DNA from: an uncultured Lachnospiraceae bacterium
GTDB lineage: Bacteria > Bacillota > Clostridia > Lachnospirales > Lachnospiraceae
NCBI GenBank assembly: GCA_951801955.1
Contig: CATOOV010000012.1
Location: 740 to 64,739 of the forward strand
Length of the DNA: 64,000 nt
Direction: 5' to 3'
Shown in pieces: positions 62,255-64,000 of the stretch. Each line of letters begins with the position of its first letter. The first letter of the stretch is position 1. The notes under the pieces were generated by a model, which did not search any database, was not told the DNA's origin, and saw only the letters and a list, made by a program, of their open reading frames with translations. Made by a program: the position numbers and the translations under genes.

Positions 62255-63646
62255 TTAGAATTTAACCAACATATTCCCTTTGATGGAAGTCGGTAATTTA
62301 CTGGAAGAAGTATAGTTCTTCTTGGAATTTTGCGGGCAGCTTATCTTTGTATGTTTTGACATGGAGACTTTGCTTGCCGCATTCCTTTTCAGCGCATATT
62401 TGAACCCGGTGGTATGGACTTTCTGCCCCTTTTCCCCTTTCATATAGAGGTTTGCCCACTCCATCTTAGGTGGATTTTTTTGCGTTAGCTGGATGGCGTA
62501 TTTCCCCGTATTATGTTTCTGCTTGATGGTCCCGTTCAGAAGGACAACCCTGGCAGTGGCGTCTCCATAAATCCCTACTGCATTTTTCTTGGTCACGGCA
62601 ATCGTCCCCCCTCCAAAACGGAATTTGGCACGGTGCAGGCATTTCACTGCAATACTGTCGTCAGCAATGATTTTCCCGCCGGTCATTTTCATTTCACAAA
62701 GTTCCCCCTTCAAGTCGACACCTTTTCCTTTGATAGTTCCGCCTCTCATTGTCATCCCGCATTCATCCCCCAGCGTGACGCCCTTTTCTACTGTCCCGCC
62801 ATAAAGAGTCAGATAACCTTCAAGACCAGTAGCAAAAGAACCAATTTTTCCCCCATACATGGTAAGACAGCATTCGTCCACCTTTCCTTTCACCGTGCCG
62901 CCGCGCATGGTTATCACAGGAACTGACTCTATATCCCCAAGTATCTCGTCTACCGTGCCCCCTGTCATTTCCATATGCGCTGCCAAATCAACGGCGCCTT
63001 CAATTTTCCCACCCTCCATAACAAGGCTTCCATAAGACTTACCAACTGTAAAATCCGTATTGGGACGTTTATGAAGGGTACCTTTTTTTATGGTAATGGT
63101 ACCATAGGTGGCAAAGAAAAATCCAGAAGAATGGTAGTCTATATCCCCTGCCAACACCAGTTCCAGGCTTGCATACCAACAGGAATCCTCAAATATGCCG
63201 CCATTTGATACCATTTTGCCGCTCCCAGTGACCGTAAATTTCCAACTGCGCTTTTGTTGTGTCCCAGGTTCCATCGCTTTAAAGAATATACCGCTTTTAT
63301 TTCGGATTGTCTTCCCATTCATGTCAAGCGTCATCTCAAAGGGCTTTATTGACTGGACCGCTATATCGCATTTCGTATCCAGCGTCACATCCGACTGTAA
63401 AATTAACCGGTTCCCTTTTATTTTATGGTTGCCGCCAAGCGCCTTGTTCATCTGTTGGATATTGTTCACCGTGGCATGCACGGTCTCTGCCGCCTGCACC
63501 TCCACCGGATGGGACAGCGCCAACCATAGCGCCAGCATGACAAAAAATCCCCCGCAGGCTGTTAATATCCTCCCTTTATGATGGCTTATACAACTGGAAA
63601 ATCCCATCCGCTTGTTTATCACCTTTTTTACAATTTGACCCCACAT
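62255..63646 (-). CDS. Exported hypothetical protein with MxGGxI/V beta-helix-like repeats
   Basis: Hydrophobic signal ending VQAA; repeats MEGGKI, MTGGTV, MRGGTV, MYGGKI, LYGGTV and MRGGTI. Confidence 0.65.
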   Translation of the reverse strand: MWGQIVKKVINKRMGFSSCISHHKGRILTACGGFFVMLALWLALSHPVEVQAAETVHATVNNIQQMNKALGGNHKIKGNRLILQSDVTLDTKCDIAVQSIKPFEMTLDMNGKTIRNKSGIFFKAMEPGTQQKRSWKFTVTGSGKMVSNGGIFEDSCWYASLELVLAGDIDYHSSGFFFATYGTITIKKGTLHKRPNTDFTVGKSYGSLVMEGGKIEGAVDLAAHMEMTGGTVDEILGDIESVPVITMRGGTVKGKVDECCLTMYGGKIGSFATGLEGYLTLYGGTVEKGVTLGDECGMTMRGGTIKGKGVDLKGELCEMKMTGGKIIADDSIAVKCLHRAKFRFGGGTIAVTKKNAVGIYGDATARVVLLNGTIKQKHNTGKYAIQLTQKNPPKMEWANLYMKGEKGQKVHTTGFKYALKRNAASKVSMSKHTKISCPQNSKKNYTSSSKLPTSIKGNMLVKF

Positions 63647-63770
63647 ACTTTTTCCCTCCATAACATTCCATGCCCTCTATTTCGAACATGGACTCCTTGC
63701 TTGTGTCACAGGCAACCCCCATGGCACGAGCCAGGGTGAGTGTTGCCCCATTCGACGGCTTCTCATTGAA

Positions 63771-63799
63771 ATCATAACACAGGACCAGGTTCTTTTCAA
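63771..63799 (-). promoter_or_regulatory. SigA promoter with extended -10
   Basis: TTGAAA-17 bp-TATGAT preceded by TG. Confidence 0.6.
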
Positions 63800-63938
63800 T
63801 TATATATTCATTATCGCCAATCTCTTTTTTTGTAAACAACTTTATTATATCATCTCAAACCCCGAAGAATCATAATAAATGTCATTCCCAATTGTACAAG
63901 CTAGGTTATGCCCCATAGCTTGCTGCCAGGTATTTGAC

Positions 63939-63991
63939 TTGTGCAATTTGCCAAGAAGGTTTTTGGGAACAACCTTTTGACACACGAATCC
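63939..63991 (+). repeat. Copy of repeat family B
   Basis: TTGTGCAATTTGCCAAGAAGG...CCTTTTGACACACGAATCC, about 7 mismatches over 53 bp versus 49652-49704. Confidence 0.85.
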
Positions 63992-64000
63992 ATATTGGAA

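Overview
AT-rich Firmicute chromosomal window. Gene content and order suggest Clostridia, most likely Lachnospiraceae. Almost all genes are on the minus strand. The backbone is housekeeping: thiI-iscS-rsmE-prmA, dnaJ-dnaK-grpE-hrcA (perfect CIRCE), hemW-lepA-holA-comEC, comEA, the arg genes (ARG boxes) and glnS. Two accessory blocks interrupt the normally contiguous hemW-hrcA-grpE-dnaK-dnaJ-prmA order. The most interesting item is in the first block (3768-9453): a complete dlt-like cell-envelope acylation pipeline with an adenylation enzyme, a DltC-like carrier, an MBOAT ending in a DltX-like FIYxxF motif and an SGNH/DltD-like transferase. It also encodes a fold-type III PLP decarboxylase, and its adenylation pocket differs from DltA. 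My inference is that it transfers a carrier-modified amino acid other than D-Ala. Directly upstream is what looks like an ORF-less IS200/IS605 right-end/omega-RNA remnant, then a repeat-containing J-domain protein. The second block holds two secreted GH43 enzymes, a large apparently non-catalytic LamG/Ig protein, a LytTR two-component pair and an Rpn C-terminal pseudogene. Intergenic DNA is built from several families of short palindromic dispersed repeats, including a MITE-like element. A 15-bp VNTR holds the stop codons separating a GerMN lipoprotein gene from in-frame comEC. I found no rRNA, tRNA or CRISPR array. All calls come from reading motifs by eye, without database searches.
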